A DNA stretch of 64,000 nt from Nitrosopumilus sp. (GTDB lineage: Archaea > Thermoproteota > Nitrososphaeria > Nitrososphaerales > Nitrosopumilaceae): contig CBDBLO010000002.1 of the NCBI GenBank assembly GCA_965207075.1, positions 1,376,001-1,440,000 of the forward strand, written 5' to 3'. Shown here piece after piece: positions 10,593 through 20,449 of the stretch. The notes under the pieces were generated by a model, which did not search any database, was not told the origin of the DNA, and saw only the letters and a list, made by a program, of their open reading frames with translations. Both the position numbers and the translations under genes were made by a program. The first letter of the stretch is position 1. Each line of letters begins with the position of its first letter.

Positions 10593-11267
10593 TCAAGCCC
10601 CGAGTATGCGGAGCCTCCTTGAGCCGGCCCCCTCCGTGCTCGTGCAGTCAAGAAACTCCCGAATCTCTGCAAAGATGCGCGCAAAGCTGCCGCCGTCCCT
10701 TGTCACGACAAAGCTCCTTGCGCCGTACGGGCCGTCCTTCTCGGCCTCCTCGGGGAGCACCAGCCATACGTTGCCCGGCACCGGTTGCACCATCAGGGCC
10801 CCCCGCAGCGCGCCGCGTATTGCCGCGGCGTCCGCGGTCTTTGGCACGCATATCACGAGCGCCCTCCCCGGATCCTCCGCAAGCGTCTTCGCGTCGGGTA
10901 TCACAATGTCGAGATCCACACCGCCGTGGCGTATGTTCCTCTGGCTCCTTACGAGCATCCGGGTCAGCACATAGTGCATGATGCCGGTTGCAAGCACCCC
11001 CGATGCCATGCCGGGGGACTCGAAGAGTTCTGCAACGCTGCCGTGGCATGCGCGCACCATGTTCTGCGCGGCCGCGTCGGCCCTGCCTGCCGCCACCAGC
11101 CGCGGCACGGCATCCGACTTTTGTATGTGATCAAACAGGACGGCCTTTGCGCGGTCTGCAGCCTCGTCGCCTGCGGCCCGCAAGACTTCGTCCCCTTTTA
11201 TGCCACCATCGCCGCCGTCGCAGGCCTCGTGATCGTCCCCGCGTCCAGGCATTGCGGCAGCCGTCAC
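10593..11267 (-). CDS. Hypothetical protein (possible PD-(D/E)XK-like fold)
   Basis: GTG start overlaps the HMG-CoA synthase stop; contains HYVLT..L.RSQR and DLDIVIPD motifs. Confidence 0.6.
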   Translation of the reverse strand: MTAAAMPGRGDDHEACDGGDGGIKGDEVLRAAGDEAADRAKAVLFDHIQKSDAVPRLVAAGRADAAAQNMVRACHGSVAELFESPGMASGVLATGIMHYVLTRMLVRSQRNIRHGGVDLDIVIPDAKTLAEDPGRALVICVPKTADAAAIRGALRGALMVQPVPGNVWLVLPEEAEKDGPYGARSFVVTRDGGSFARIFAEIREFLDCTSTEGAGSRRLRILGA

Positions 11268-12658
11268 CCGTTGTACCTGTAGTGGCGCTCGCCGCTTGAC
11301 TCCTTGTCCGTGTTTATTCCCACCAGGACGAACTCCCCCCTGCCGTCTGCCAGGGACTCCTCCGGACGCAGCTGGTTCTCGTGCAGCTGCACGTACTCGT
11401 CCCACGTGAGCTTGCGGCGGCTGCCAATCTCGGACTCCAGGTCCATCTCCTTTACGATCTCCTCGTATCCGCGCTGCACCACGCCGCTGAACACCATGGC
11501 GCTGCTTCCGCTCCCGTACGAGCCGAACCCGATGCGCCTGCCCTCCAGATCAACGCCCTTCTTGTACTCGAACTCCAGGCAGCTGCGGAACCCCAGGTAC
11601 AGCGACGCCGTGTACAGGTTGCCTATCATTCTGGACGCGACCAGGGAGCTTGCGAGCTTTGACTCGTAGACCTCCCGGTACTGCGCAGTCTCGGTGAACC
11701 GCCTCGTAAACTCCTTGTCCCTCTGCATAAAGTCCCTGTCGGCCAGCACCGACTCTATCGTGCCGCGCGGATCCTTCGGTATGGGCTCCTCCAGGCCTAT
11801 GTCCCGCAGCACCTCCCTCCACCTGGGCAGGTGGCGCCACTCGTGCCGCACCAGGTACGCGAGCGCCTTTTTGCCCATCTTGCTGTACGGCAGGTGCATG
11901 TTGATGTAGTCCATGTGGTCCAGTATGGTGCCTTCGGGGCCCACATCAATCAGCCCCGCGGTCCGGACCTTTTTCTTGTACGTCTCGAGCGCCTTTTTCA
12001 CCTGCATCATGTACAGCATGTTGGAGTACTCGCCGTGGACGATTGGCGTCTCCTTGCCAAACGGCCTGTAAAAGTCGTACTCGTCCTTTATCGACGTGGC
12101 CGTGACGCGCGGGTCAAAGGAGAGCAGCCTGGGCTCGTCGGAGAGCAGCATTACCACCGCCCCCGCCCCCTGGGTCATCTCGCCGCCGGACTCTAGGTCA
12201 TACTTTGCAATGTCCGACACCACCACCATGGCGTACTGGTCCTCGGACTCGCCTGCGCGTATCCAGTTCGTGTTGTCGTACAGCGCGTATGAGCCGCTCA
12301 CGCACGCAAACTTTGTCTCGACGCCGCCGCAGTGCTCAAAGGTGCCGGGCCCGTACACCTGCTCCAGCATGCCCACCACGTACGAGTTCATGGCCTTCGA
12401 CTCGTCAAACGACGACTCCGTGGAGACGTACAGCCTGCCGATGTCCGACGGTGAGAGGTTGTTCCTCTGCATTATCTTGAGGCACGCGTTTGCCGCGAGG
12501 CATGCTGGATCCTGGTCCGCGTCGACCATCGCCATCTGCGAGACGCCCAGTCCCTTCTCCAGCTTTACGGGGTCAAGTCCGCGCGCCGATGCAAAGTCCG
12601 ACGCGTCCAGGTACAGCCTCGGAATGTATATTGCAATGTCATCTATGCCCGCTGCCAT
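11264..12658 (-). CDS. mvaS: Hydroxymethylglutaryl-CoA synthase
   Basis: GIDDIAIYIP, TESSFDESK, ETKFACVSG (catalytic Cys), GEMTQGAGA, HLPY, GNLYTAS, SYGSGS. Confidence 0.93.
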   Translation of the reverse strand: MAAGIDDIAIYIPRLYLDASDFASARGLDPVKLEKGLGVSQMAMVDADQDPACLAANACLKIMQRNNLSPSDIGRLYVSTESSFDESKAMNSYVVGMLEQVYGPGTFEHCGGVETKFACVSGSYALYDNTNWIRAGESEDQYAMVVVSDIAKYDLESGGEMTQGAGAVVMLLSDEPRLLSFDPRVTATSIKDEYDFYRPFGKETPIVHGEYSNMLYMMQVKKALETYKKKVRTAGLIDVGPEGTILDHMDYINMHLPYSKMGKKALAYLVRHEWRHLPRWREVLRDIGLEEPIPKDPRGTIESVLADRDFMQRDKEFTRRFTETAQYREVYESKLASSLVASRMIGNLYTASLYLGFRSCLEFEYKKGVDLEGRRIGFGSYGSGSSAMVFSGVVQRGYEEIVKEMDLESEIGSRRKLTWDEYVQLHENQLRPEESLADGRGEFVLVGINTDKESSGERHYRYNG

Positions 12659-12986
12659 GCGCCTGATTCGTTCGGATTTACTAATAAGGCTTTGCGGTTT
12701 GCCCGCGCGGTGTTCGGGTGCGGCGTGGAATACCGCATATAATTACCGTATTATTGGCGCGGGGTTTGTCTTTGTTTGTTTATTTTTGCGCGTGCCAAAC
12801 ATGCGTTGCACAAAGGGGTTGTACGGCGCGTTGGCCGCAGCCGATCGGCGGCGCGGAGGGCCGCGGCACCTGCCTGCGGCATCCTGCGGCGTGCGCCTTT
12901 TTCCCATCCGCGAAAGTCGAAGGGGGTGCGCGAATGGCGCGGGTTTTTTGCGGCAGCAAGTGGTGTTTGGCCGACGGAGGCCGCGC

Positions 12987-13739
12987 CTACTGCAGGCCCG
13001 CGCCCGCAAGCTTGGCGTCAAACACGCCTGCAAAGAATTCGTACGGCTGCGCCCCCACCACCCGGCTGGCCTCGCCGTCGGGCCCTATCACAAAGAACGA
13101 CGGGGTGGCGGAGAGCCCGAGCGCCTTTGCGTCCCGGTTGCTTGCGAGTATGGCCGCGGAGTACGGCCTGTCCTGCATGCACTGCGCCCACTCGCCAAGG
13201 TCCAGCCCCGGCATCTCTGATGCAAATCCCTCGAGATTCTCATAGGACGCCCACCCGTTGTTCTCCCCCGTCCAGTTCTCGTACAGGACGTCGTGGTACT
13301 CCCAGAACAGTCCCTGGCCCCCGGCGCAGTGGGCCCCGTGCGAGGCCTCCACCGAGTCGGGCCCTATGATGTGGTAGTCCTTGAATATGATACGCACCTT
13401 GCCCGTATCCACATAGTCCTCCAGTATTCTGCCCTCCGTCTCGTGGAAGAAGACGTTGCAAAAGTGACACTGGTAGTCCCCGAACTCGACGAGCGTTATC
13501 GGGGCAGACGCGCTTCCCAGTATGGGCGAGCCGTTCTCAAGAAGCATTGATGCGGCGTTTGGTGTTTCATCCTGCTGTTGCTGCTGCATCACCCTGTCCG
13601 CGTCAGACGGAATCATGACGAGTACGTTGTCGTCCCCGCCGCCGTCCTCCACCACCCCCTGCAGGGCCAAAAACACCGCCACCGTAACTGCGGCCGTTAT
13701 GCCCGCGCCGATTCCGATTGACGGTCCGTGAATCAACAA
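12987..13739 (-). CDS. DsbA-family thiol-disulfide oxidoreductase, membrane anchored
   Basis: N-terminal TM; EFGDYQCHFC; ATPSF; GAQP. Confidence 0.9.
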   Translation of the reverse strand: MLIHGPSIGIGAGITAAVTVAVFLALQGVVEDGGGDDNVLVMIPSDADRVMQQQQQDETPNAASMLLENGSPILGSASAPITLVEFGDYQCHFCNVFFHETEGRILEDYVDTGKVRIIFKDYHIIGPDSVEASHGAHCAGGQGLFWEYHDVLYENWTGENNGWASYENLEGFASEMPGLDLGEWAQCMQDRPYSAAILASNRDAKALGLSATPSFFVIGPDGEASRVVGAQPYEFFAGVFDAKLAGAGLQ

Positions 13740-13776
13740 CCAAGGGCGCGGCGCGCGGTAAATTTAGACGTTGACT

Positions 13777-13833
13777 CCGTACCGGGGCCGCGAATGCGGC
13801 GGAGTCTGCAGACAATGCCCGGCCCCGGTACGG
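13777..13833. repeat. 14-bp perfect inverted repeat (hairpin)
   Basis: CCGTACCGGGGCCG (13777-13790) / CGGCCCCGGTACGG (13820-13833). Confidence 0.7.
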
Positions 13834-14094
13834 GCGCGCCCGGACGGGTCTGTCTGCACTTATGGCCGGCCATCCGCAGTTGAGCCCCCGCTGAAGTCCT
13901 GCAAAGTCCAAGCGAGGGTGTCAACTCAGAGGTGGACTGCCGCGCCAACTGCCGCTAGCATTCGCCCCTCAGCGCCCACGCGACACCACGAACTAGGCTG
14001 ACGCGCAAAACCTCCCGGCTATGAATGCGTGTCCGTTTGCCAGCAACAGATTGTTGAGCGGCACGGTGACAGGATTCGAGCCATATCAGGAAGG

Positions 14095-14603
14095 TCACAG
14101 GTCCCCATAAAGTTGGATTGCCATCTTTATTCGAGAGTATCCCGTATCGGACTTGGTAGGATGCTCGATCTCATTCCAGCGGATTTTTGACTTGCGGCGA
14201 ACCGCCAGCCTTTTCAGATCCTCAACGTCCGCGTCGCGTCCTGCCCTGAACTTTGAAACGATCAGCCCCTCCAAAGAGATGGCCTTGACTGTGGTTCCAT
14301 TCTTGTCCGCGGGAATTGCTGCCGCCGTTTCTACTATGTACTCCAGTGGAATGCAGTTCAGGTCCCGCTCATGGTAGACGTCAATTTTGAATCCCCCCGG
14401 CGTGTATTTCTTGTTTTTTAGGATTCGACTTTGTATCCCTTCTCCGAAAACTCCGCGTCGGTTATCCGTTCGATGACGACAAAATCAATACCCATCGATT
14501 GCCGTTGCCCATCGGCATGCAGCATGACTGCGACTGTCCCTACGAACGTCGCGCTCTCAAAATCCCTTGAAATACGTACGGCCTATCTAATGATCGGATT
14601 CAT
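14095..14603 (-). pseudogene. Nucleotidyltransferase toxin (AbiEii/DUF6036-like) pseudogene
   Basis: MNPIIR*AVRISRDF..TFVGTVAVMLH...IDFVV, then a frameshift near 14420, then KIDVY...ISLEGLIVSKFRAGRDADVEDL...*; start overlaps the upstream gene end. Confidence 0.7.
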
Positions 14604-15276
14604 TTGGCAACAAGTCCTCGCGAACTTTTGATATGACGTCCCCCGTAAATCTGACCTCGGTTTCTACCTCATCCCCGTGGGTCAGCATGATTGCAGCCGC
14701 GTCCATAAAGCTCCGCCCCCCGTTTGCCACGCAGTCAAGAAAGACCCTCTCGATCAAGTTTTCAAAGGAGCCGATCTTCGGAAGCAGCACCACGCGTCCC
14801 TTTTTTCCCTCCCGGAACCCGTGTCTTTTCAGGAGCCCGGAGACGTCCTCGACGCTGTCAACGTAGGCATGCAGGACAAGTGGGGTCTGAAACCCCGTCA
14901 GTGCGTAAGCCCCGTGGTCGAGCGTTATGATCGAGTCGGACGGAAGGTGTTTTTTTGCAAAATTGACGTCAGTCGGCGCGTAATGCCTCCCAAATCTTCT
15001 GGCTTTTTTGAGTGACAACAATGAGTGGATTATGCGCTGCAAAACAACGTATGGCTGGGATACGACCTCCCTTTTTATCGTGGCTTTGCCGCGCTTGTAA
15101 TCGGCCAGCCCCAGCTCTTCCAAGCGGGCCATCCTTTTTCTGATGGTGCTCTCCGACAAGCCGGTGGCGCCTTTCATGTCATTCAGGTCATAAACCGGAC
15201 TGGGGGGCAGCATTTGCGCAAACCCGATCGAGCTCATTGCTTTTTCAAGCATTGACGTGCATTCGCCCATACTCAT
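14587..15276 (-). CDS. wHTH regulator, AbiEi-like type IV antitoxin
   Basis: N-terminal HTH (TGLSESTIRKRMARLEELGL); ITLDHGAYALT; ERVFLDCV; coupled to the NTase pseudogene. Confidence 0.65.
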   Translation of the reverse strand: MSMGECTSMLEKAMSSIGFAQMLPPSPVYDLNDMKGATGLSESTIRKRMARLEELGLADYKRGKATIKREVVSQPYVVLQRIIHSLLSLKKARRFGRHYAPTDVNFAKKHLPSDSIITLDHGAYALTGFQTPLVLHAYVDSVEDVSGLLKRHGFREGKKGRVVLLPKIGSFENLIERVFLDCVANGGRSFMDAAAIMLTHGDEVETEVRFTGDVISKVREDLLPNESDH

Positions 15277-15344
15277 GTGATAATTATGATGTGCAGCATA
15301 TTTATAGTTCTGGTAAACTTAACTTTTTATATATATACTAGCAC

Positions 15345-15720
15345 ATGAAACCGGTTGCCAAAATCAAGCAACAGTATGCCGCCTGCGGCACGGCGAGGTC
15401 CTCCGGGACGTCCCTTGGGCAGGGCCGCTACTGCCTGACGCGCTTGGTGATGGTGTCGGACATCTTGGACATGTCTTCGACCGAGTGGCCCTGTTCGAGC
15501 ACCGCGCGTGCGGTCCCGCGGCCCGTATGTACTGTCCCATGTCCTCGTGCCTGCTTTACAACGCATGGACGACGGCCGCCGCCCTGCCGGCCGCGGCATG
15601 CCGCACGCCGAACATGCGCGGCAAGGCCCTGAAATGGACGTTCGCAACGGCGCTTGACAGGCTCTTGCTTGCTCCCGCGCTCAAGACCGAGCCACCACCG
15701 GAGCTGTCCTGGGCCTGTTT
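15345..15720 (+). mobile_element. Degraded DDE transposase C-terminal remnant (IS4-like/ISH3-like)
   Basis: ...AARMYCPMSSCLLYNAW...KTEPPPE resembles the LLYNxW helix and EPPP tail of ISH3-type transposases; frameshifted and lacks an N-terminus. Confidence 0.45.
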
Positions 15721-15784
15721 GTTGCGCTTTTGCGCTAGTTGCCCATGATCAAAACTGTATATTGCCCACAGTCCTGTACAGCGC

Positions 15785-17122
15785 ATGAGCTGCGGGGCCG
15801 GCGCTTTTCTGCGCGGACGTGTGGTCGGAACGTGTCGCCGTCGCCATGTCGCGCTGCTTGCTGCCTCCCTTGCAATAGTTGTAGCGGCCACGTCGCATGC
15901 CGGCGCCGCGTCGGCTTATGATGGCGATTATTATTACAATTATGGGTCGGATCAGAACGACGCGCCTGCCGACGACGTGCCCCGACAGCTGGTGATGCTG
16001 TCAGGGGAGCTTGCCACGTACGTTGACGCAAACGGCGTCTACACCATAACGGGCAACGTAAAGAACGGATACCCGTGGGATGCAAGGCCGCTGCTGTTCC
16101 TGCACGTCTCAGACGGGCCCCGCTCGTACGAGGTGGAGGTGCCGTACGGCGCGATACCGTCCGGAGGGGAGCTCCCGTTCAAGGTAAAGGTGCCCGGCGC
16201 GTCGCCGCACGCCGGGCTGGCCGGATACGACATGGAGTCCGCAGCCGGCGTCGCGCGTACGGCTACGCTTGACGTGCTGTACGACCACACCCTGGTGGTG
16301 CACCCCGGCGGGCACCTGTCCGGACTTGCGGTGAACTCCGGCAGCAGTACGCTGGAGGACCCGGTGCTGTGGGCCGTCGTCCACGGCGACGCCTCGGTGC
16401 TTGACGCGGCCCGCAGCGAGCCCCTCGGGCCAGTCGCGCCGGGGCAGATCGTCCCGTTTGAGATGCACGCGGACCCCTCGATCTCCGGCGTCTCGTACTA
16501 TAGCTGCTTTGCCCCCTCCTCGGACTCCGTGCACCCCCTGACGGCGCAGCGCGGCGACCAAAAGTACCTGATGCGGTACGAGTCAGGGGCCTGGCTTTAC
16601 AGGCCCGTCTTTGCAGAGGACGGCCTCAGCGTCGAGATACAGAGCACCAACAGCTACCCCTTTGAGACGTTTGCAACGGTGGAGATACCGCCCGTCACGC
16701 GCGGCGAGTCGTTTGAGGTGTACAGGAACGGCGAGTCCATCAACCACACGCAGCGCGTAGACGACATGGGGCTGTGGCACGTCTCCTTTGACGTGCGCGG
16801 CCACTCCCAGGACGTCTTTACGATACGCGGCTTTGAGCGGGGCGAGACGCTGCCTGCCCTGCTGGCCGACTACATACGGCAGGACATGTGGGCGTGGGCG
16901 GCCGGAGCTGCCCCGGACAGCGCGGTGTACACCTCGCTGCTGCTGCTCTCCGAGCACTCGCTGCTGCCAGAACCCCTGCCCCCGGACGAGCAGGCGGGGC
17001 CGTCCATACCGGACTGGGTTGCAACCCTTCTCACGTGGTGGGAGTTCGGCGAGGTCAGCGACGACGACGCCATGGCGGCCCTGTCGCACCTGATCGAGGC
17101 CGGGCTGATCAGGCCCGGCTGA
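15785..17122 (+). CDS. Secreted FxLYD-like/Ig-like protein with C-terminal IPxW surface repeat
   Basis: Signal peptide (…ATSHAGA); GNVKN…PFK domains; C-terminal IPDWV…WW..GEVSDDD…AL..LI..GLI. Start uncertain. Confidence 0.7.
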   Translation: MSCGAGAFLRGRVVGTCRRRHVALLAASLAIVVAATSHAGAASAYDGDYYYNYGSDQNDAPADDVPRQLVMLSGELATYVDANGVYTITGNVKNGYPWDARPLLFLHVSDGPRSYEVEVPYGAIPSGGELPFKVKVPGASPHAGLAGYDMESAAGVARTATLDVLYDHTLVVHPGGHLSGLAVNSGSSTLEDPVLWAVVHGDASVLDAARSEPLGPVAPGQIVPFEMHADPSISGVSYYSCFAPSSDSVHPLTAQRGDQKYLMRYESGAWLYRPVFAEDGLSVEIQSTNSYPFETFATVEIPPVTRGESFEVYRNGESINHTQRVDDMGLWHVSFDVRGHSQDVFTIRGFERGETLPALLADYIRQDMWAWAAGAAPDSAVYTSLLLLSEHSLLPEPLPPDEQAGPSIPDWVATLLTWWEFGEVSDDDAMAALSHLIEAGLIRPG

Positions 17123-17236
17123 TGACCTGCGCGAGTCCCCCGTCCGGGATTCCCTGCGAGGCACTGCCGTCCCAGGGCGCATGCGCATCTGGGCGCGTGC
17201 AAACAGACTAAATATCCCACGCCCCGGTTCATCGGC

Positions 17237-18343
17237 ATGAAACGGGTCTTTGTAAACGGGTACGGCTCGATAGGGAGCAGGCTGGCGTCGTTCCTGCTAG
17301 ACGACCCGGAACTGGAGGTCACCGGGGTGGGCAAGCAGTCTCCGGACTCCAAGGTGGCAGAGGCCGCCTCGAAGGGAATCGACGTGTACGTGCCCGAATC
17401 CAAGCTGCCGGACTTTGAGGGGTACGGCGGCGTGAAGGGCACCATAAAATCGGCCCTTGCAAAGTCCGACATCGTGATAGACGCGTCGCCGGGCGGGTGC
17501 GGGTACGCAAACAAGACGCACCTCTACGAGCCGGGCGGCATACCTGCAATATACCAGGGCGGCGAGTCGGTAGAGGGGCCCGAGGCCGTGTCGGACCTGC
17601 TGTTCAACTCCCGGACCAATTACGACAGGGCGATAAACGCGAAACACGTCATGCAGGGGAGCTGCAACGTGACCGGGATGGGGCGCATGCTGGTGCCCCT
17701 GCACAACGCGTACGGGGACGGCATAAGCCGCGTCGACGTGACGCTGATCCGGAGGTGGGCCGACATCGAGCAGGCCGACAAAGAGGTTCCCGACACGATA
17801 GAGATGACCGAGGCGCCGCACCACGGCCGCGACGTCATGGCAACGTTTGGGGCAGGCAGCGGCAGCGGCGACACCGGAAAGGCCGCCCCGCCGCCCCCGT
17901 CCCAGCTGCACGTCAGGGCCGTAAAGGTGCCCACGCGGCAGATGCACCTGCACGTAATGGACGTGCGCTTCTCCCGCGAGGCGGCCGAGTCGGGCTCCGT
18001 GCCGGGCGCTGCAGAGCTGCACGGGCTTCTGGGGCGGGAGCCCGGGATCGCCATACTGCACGGGGCGAAGGGCACGGCCGAGATACGCGAGTGCGCGAGG
18101 AGGATGGGATTCAGCTTTGTCGATACAAACCTCGTGCACGTGCACGCGAACATGACTGAGGTGCACGGCGACACCATACAGATGATGTACTCGGACGACC
18201 AGACCGGCATCGTGATCCCGGAGAACCACATGCTGCTGCAGGCCATGGCCATGGGCCGGCCCTACGAGGAGGCCGCGGCCCACACGGAGAGGGTGTTCCA
18301 CATGGCAGAAAAGAAGCGCATCCTGCAGGAGACGTTTGCATAG
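17237..18343 (+). CDS. gap: Type II (archaeal) glyceraldehyde-3-phosphate dehydrogenase
   Basis: VNGYGSIG, YQGGE, GSCNVTG (catalytic Cys), IVIPEN. Confidence 0.92.
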   Translation: MKRVFVNGYGSIGSRLASFLLDDPELEVTGVGKQSPDSKVAEAASKGIDVYVPESKLPDFEGYGGVKGTIKSALAKSDIVIDASPGGCGYANKTHLYEPGGIPAIYQGGESVEGPEAVSDLLFNSRTNYDRAINAKHVMQGSCNVTGMGRMLVPLHNAYGDGISRVDVTLIRRWADIEQADKEVPDTIEMTEAPHHGRDVMATFGAGSGSGDTGKAAPPPPSQLHVRAVKVPTRQMHLHVMDVRFSREAAESGSVPGAAELHGLLGREPGIAILHGAKGTAEIRECARRMGFSFVDTNLVHVHANMTEVHGDTIQMMYSDDQTGIVIPENHMLLQAMAMGRPYEEAAAHTERVFHMAEKKRILQETFA

Positions 18344-18371
18344 GCCGGCGCGCATAGGGTACGGGCGCGCG

Positions 18372-19673
18372 TCATGCGCCTCCGCCGCTGCCGCTTCTTG
18401 ACGCGGCGCCGCCTGCCGCCGCCTTTGCAGTCCTCTCTATCCGGACCTTTTGCGGGACGTTCCTCGAGGTCTTCTCGACTATGATGCGCAGCCCCCCCAC
18501 CTCCACCTTGTCGCCGGCCTGCGGTATGTCCTGCAGCTTCTCGTGCAGCAGCCCGCTGAGCGACGCATAGTCGTCGCCCATCGGGACGCTTGCCCCGAGC
18601 GCCTCGTTCACCGCGTCGATCTCGATGTCCCCGTCCGCGATTATGGTGTCCGCGTCGACGCGCGTGTACTTTGCGCGCCGCGCGGCGTCCGTCTCGTCCT
18701 CTATCTCGCCGACGATCTCCTCCAGCAGGTCCTCGAGCGTCACCAGCCCCTCCACGCCGCCGTGCTCGTCCACCACTATGGCCATGTGCGTCTGCCGCCC
18801 CTGCATCTCGCGCAAAAGGGCGCTTATCCTCTTCTCCTGCGACGCGAACACGGCCTCGCGCGATATCTTGTCGAGCCGTGTCATCTTGTTGTCGCGCTCC
18901 AGCTCCCTGAGCACATCCCTGACGTGGATGAAGCCCACGATGTCGTCCGCGGAGTCGCCGTATATCGGTATCCGGGAGTGTCCGCTGCGGTTGATCTCCG
19001 GGAGCGCCTCGAAGAGCATCATCCTCGCGTTTAGCGCGAACATCTTCGTGCGCGGCGTCATCACGGCGCGTATCACGGTGTCGTCAAAGTTCAGGGCCCC
19101 GTGGAGCATGTCGACCTCCTCCTTTTCCAGGGCCTTCTCCTTGCGGCCCTGCTCTATCACGCCCCGTATCTCCTCCTCGGTTATGGGGGGAGGGGAGTAG
19201 CTGCTGCCCGTCAGGCGCACCACGCGCTTCGTTATCATCTCAAAGAACTTTACCACGGGGTACAGCGCGTAGCTGAACCCGAGCAGGACGGGCGCGTACC
19301 TGAGCGCTATCTTTGCCGCGTTCGCGTTGCAGTACGTCTTTGGCGTGATCTCGCCGAATATCAGTATGAGGAAGGTCATCACCCCGATTGCGATCCCGAG
19401 CCCCTCGTTTCCAAACAGCCTGATTGCGACGCTGGTGGCAAGGGCCGAGGCCCCCACGTTGACCAGGTTGTTTCCAAGGTTGACGCTTGACATCATCCAT
19501 CCCGGGTTGGACTTTAGTCGGTGAAGCGCCCTTGAGCCCTTCTTGCCCTCCGAGAGCATCTGTTCCACGGCGGACATGCGGACGCCCACCAGGGCCACCT
19601 CGAGCCCGCTGAAGAACCCGGACAGTCCCAAGAGCGCCGCGAGCGCGGCGGCCTCGACCCAGATGTCTACCAT
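18372..19673 (-). CDS. CNNM/CorB (hemolysin-family, DUF21-CBS-CorC) Mg2+/Co2+ transporter
   Basis: SGFFSGLEVA, GNNLVN, FGEITPK, VMTPR, HSRIPIY, VVDEHGG..GLVTLEDLLEEIVGEI; start ATG 19673. Confidence 0.93.
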   Translation of the reverse strand: MVDIWVEAAALAALLGLSGFFSGLEVALVGVRMSAVEQMLSEGKKGSRALHRLKSNPGWMMSSVNLGNNLVNVGASALATSVAIRLFGNEGLGIAIGVMTFLILIFGEITPKTYCNANAAKIALRYAPVLLGFSYALYPVVKFFEMITKRVVRLTGSSYSPPPITEEEIRGVIEQGRKEKALEKEEVDMLHGALNFDDTVIRAVMTPRTKMFALNARMMLFEALPEINRSGHSRIPIYGDSADDIVGFIHVRDVLRELERDNKMTRLDKISREAVFASQEKRISALLREMQGRQTHMAIVVDEHGGVEGLVTLEDLLEEIVGEIEDETDAARRAKYTRVDADTIIADGDIEIDAVNEALGASVPMGDDYASLSGLLHEKLQDIPQAGDKVEVGGLRIIVEKTSRNVPQKVRIERTAKAAAGGAASRSGSGGGA

Positions 19674-20449
19674 GCGGCGGCGCCTCCCCGGACTGCCGCG
19701 GATCCCGCCGCAGTGCGCTTCTGCGGCGACGCGCGCATGCCGCATGAAGCGGCGCGGAGCAAGGCCCGTGCTGCGGCTCTGTGAATCATGACGTAGGTGT
19801 CAGGGGTAACTATGGCGGCGTCCATCTATTGCTCCAACACCGTCGTACCTGCTGCCGCCGCCCCAGATGTCGCCGCACCCGTACCTGACACGCCCTTATC
19901 ACCTTTCATAACTGTCACAACAATCTATCCCGTCCGGACATGCCGGTATCACGCGCGGCCGCGGCGCCTGCGCGCGCACGCGTCATTCTGTATGGTGTCC
20001 CGTGTCTCTGACATACGCTAGACGTCGGAAGGCTACAAGTTAGTCTGCTGCCAGTGCGTTGCGCTGCGTGCGGCATTCCCAAGATCACCTTGTAACGGGA
20101 TCGGATTCATATATTGATTGCGCTACGGCGGGGGTCGATGCCGGATTCAAATCCACAGGCACAGGCCTTCCTTTCAAGAATGAATTTGCAGGCGCTGCCC
20201 GGCAACCTTGGGTAAAGTTCGCAAGTAGGCGCAGGCAGCATTTCAAGGCTCCAAGGCCTTTACGCGCATGCAAGGCCCGCCGATCATGCTTCTTTTTCCC
20301 CATCCGGCAGCAGCAGCAGCCACAGCAGCAGCAGCCACAGCCGCAGCACAGACGGAAGCCCCGCCGCCGCAAATAGCTAATATCTCTCACGACAGGGTTA
20401 ACCACTCTGCAAAAGGGTTTAAAAGAGGCGGAAATTTCACGCCCCAAGC

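Noticed and set aside
19700-20440. Possible gene or structured RNA upstream of rpl3
   Set aside because: Only low-complexity ORFs; no SRP, RNase P or rRNA signature recognised.
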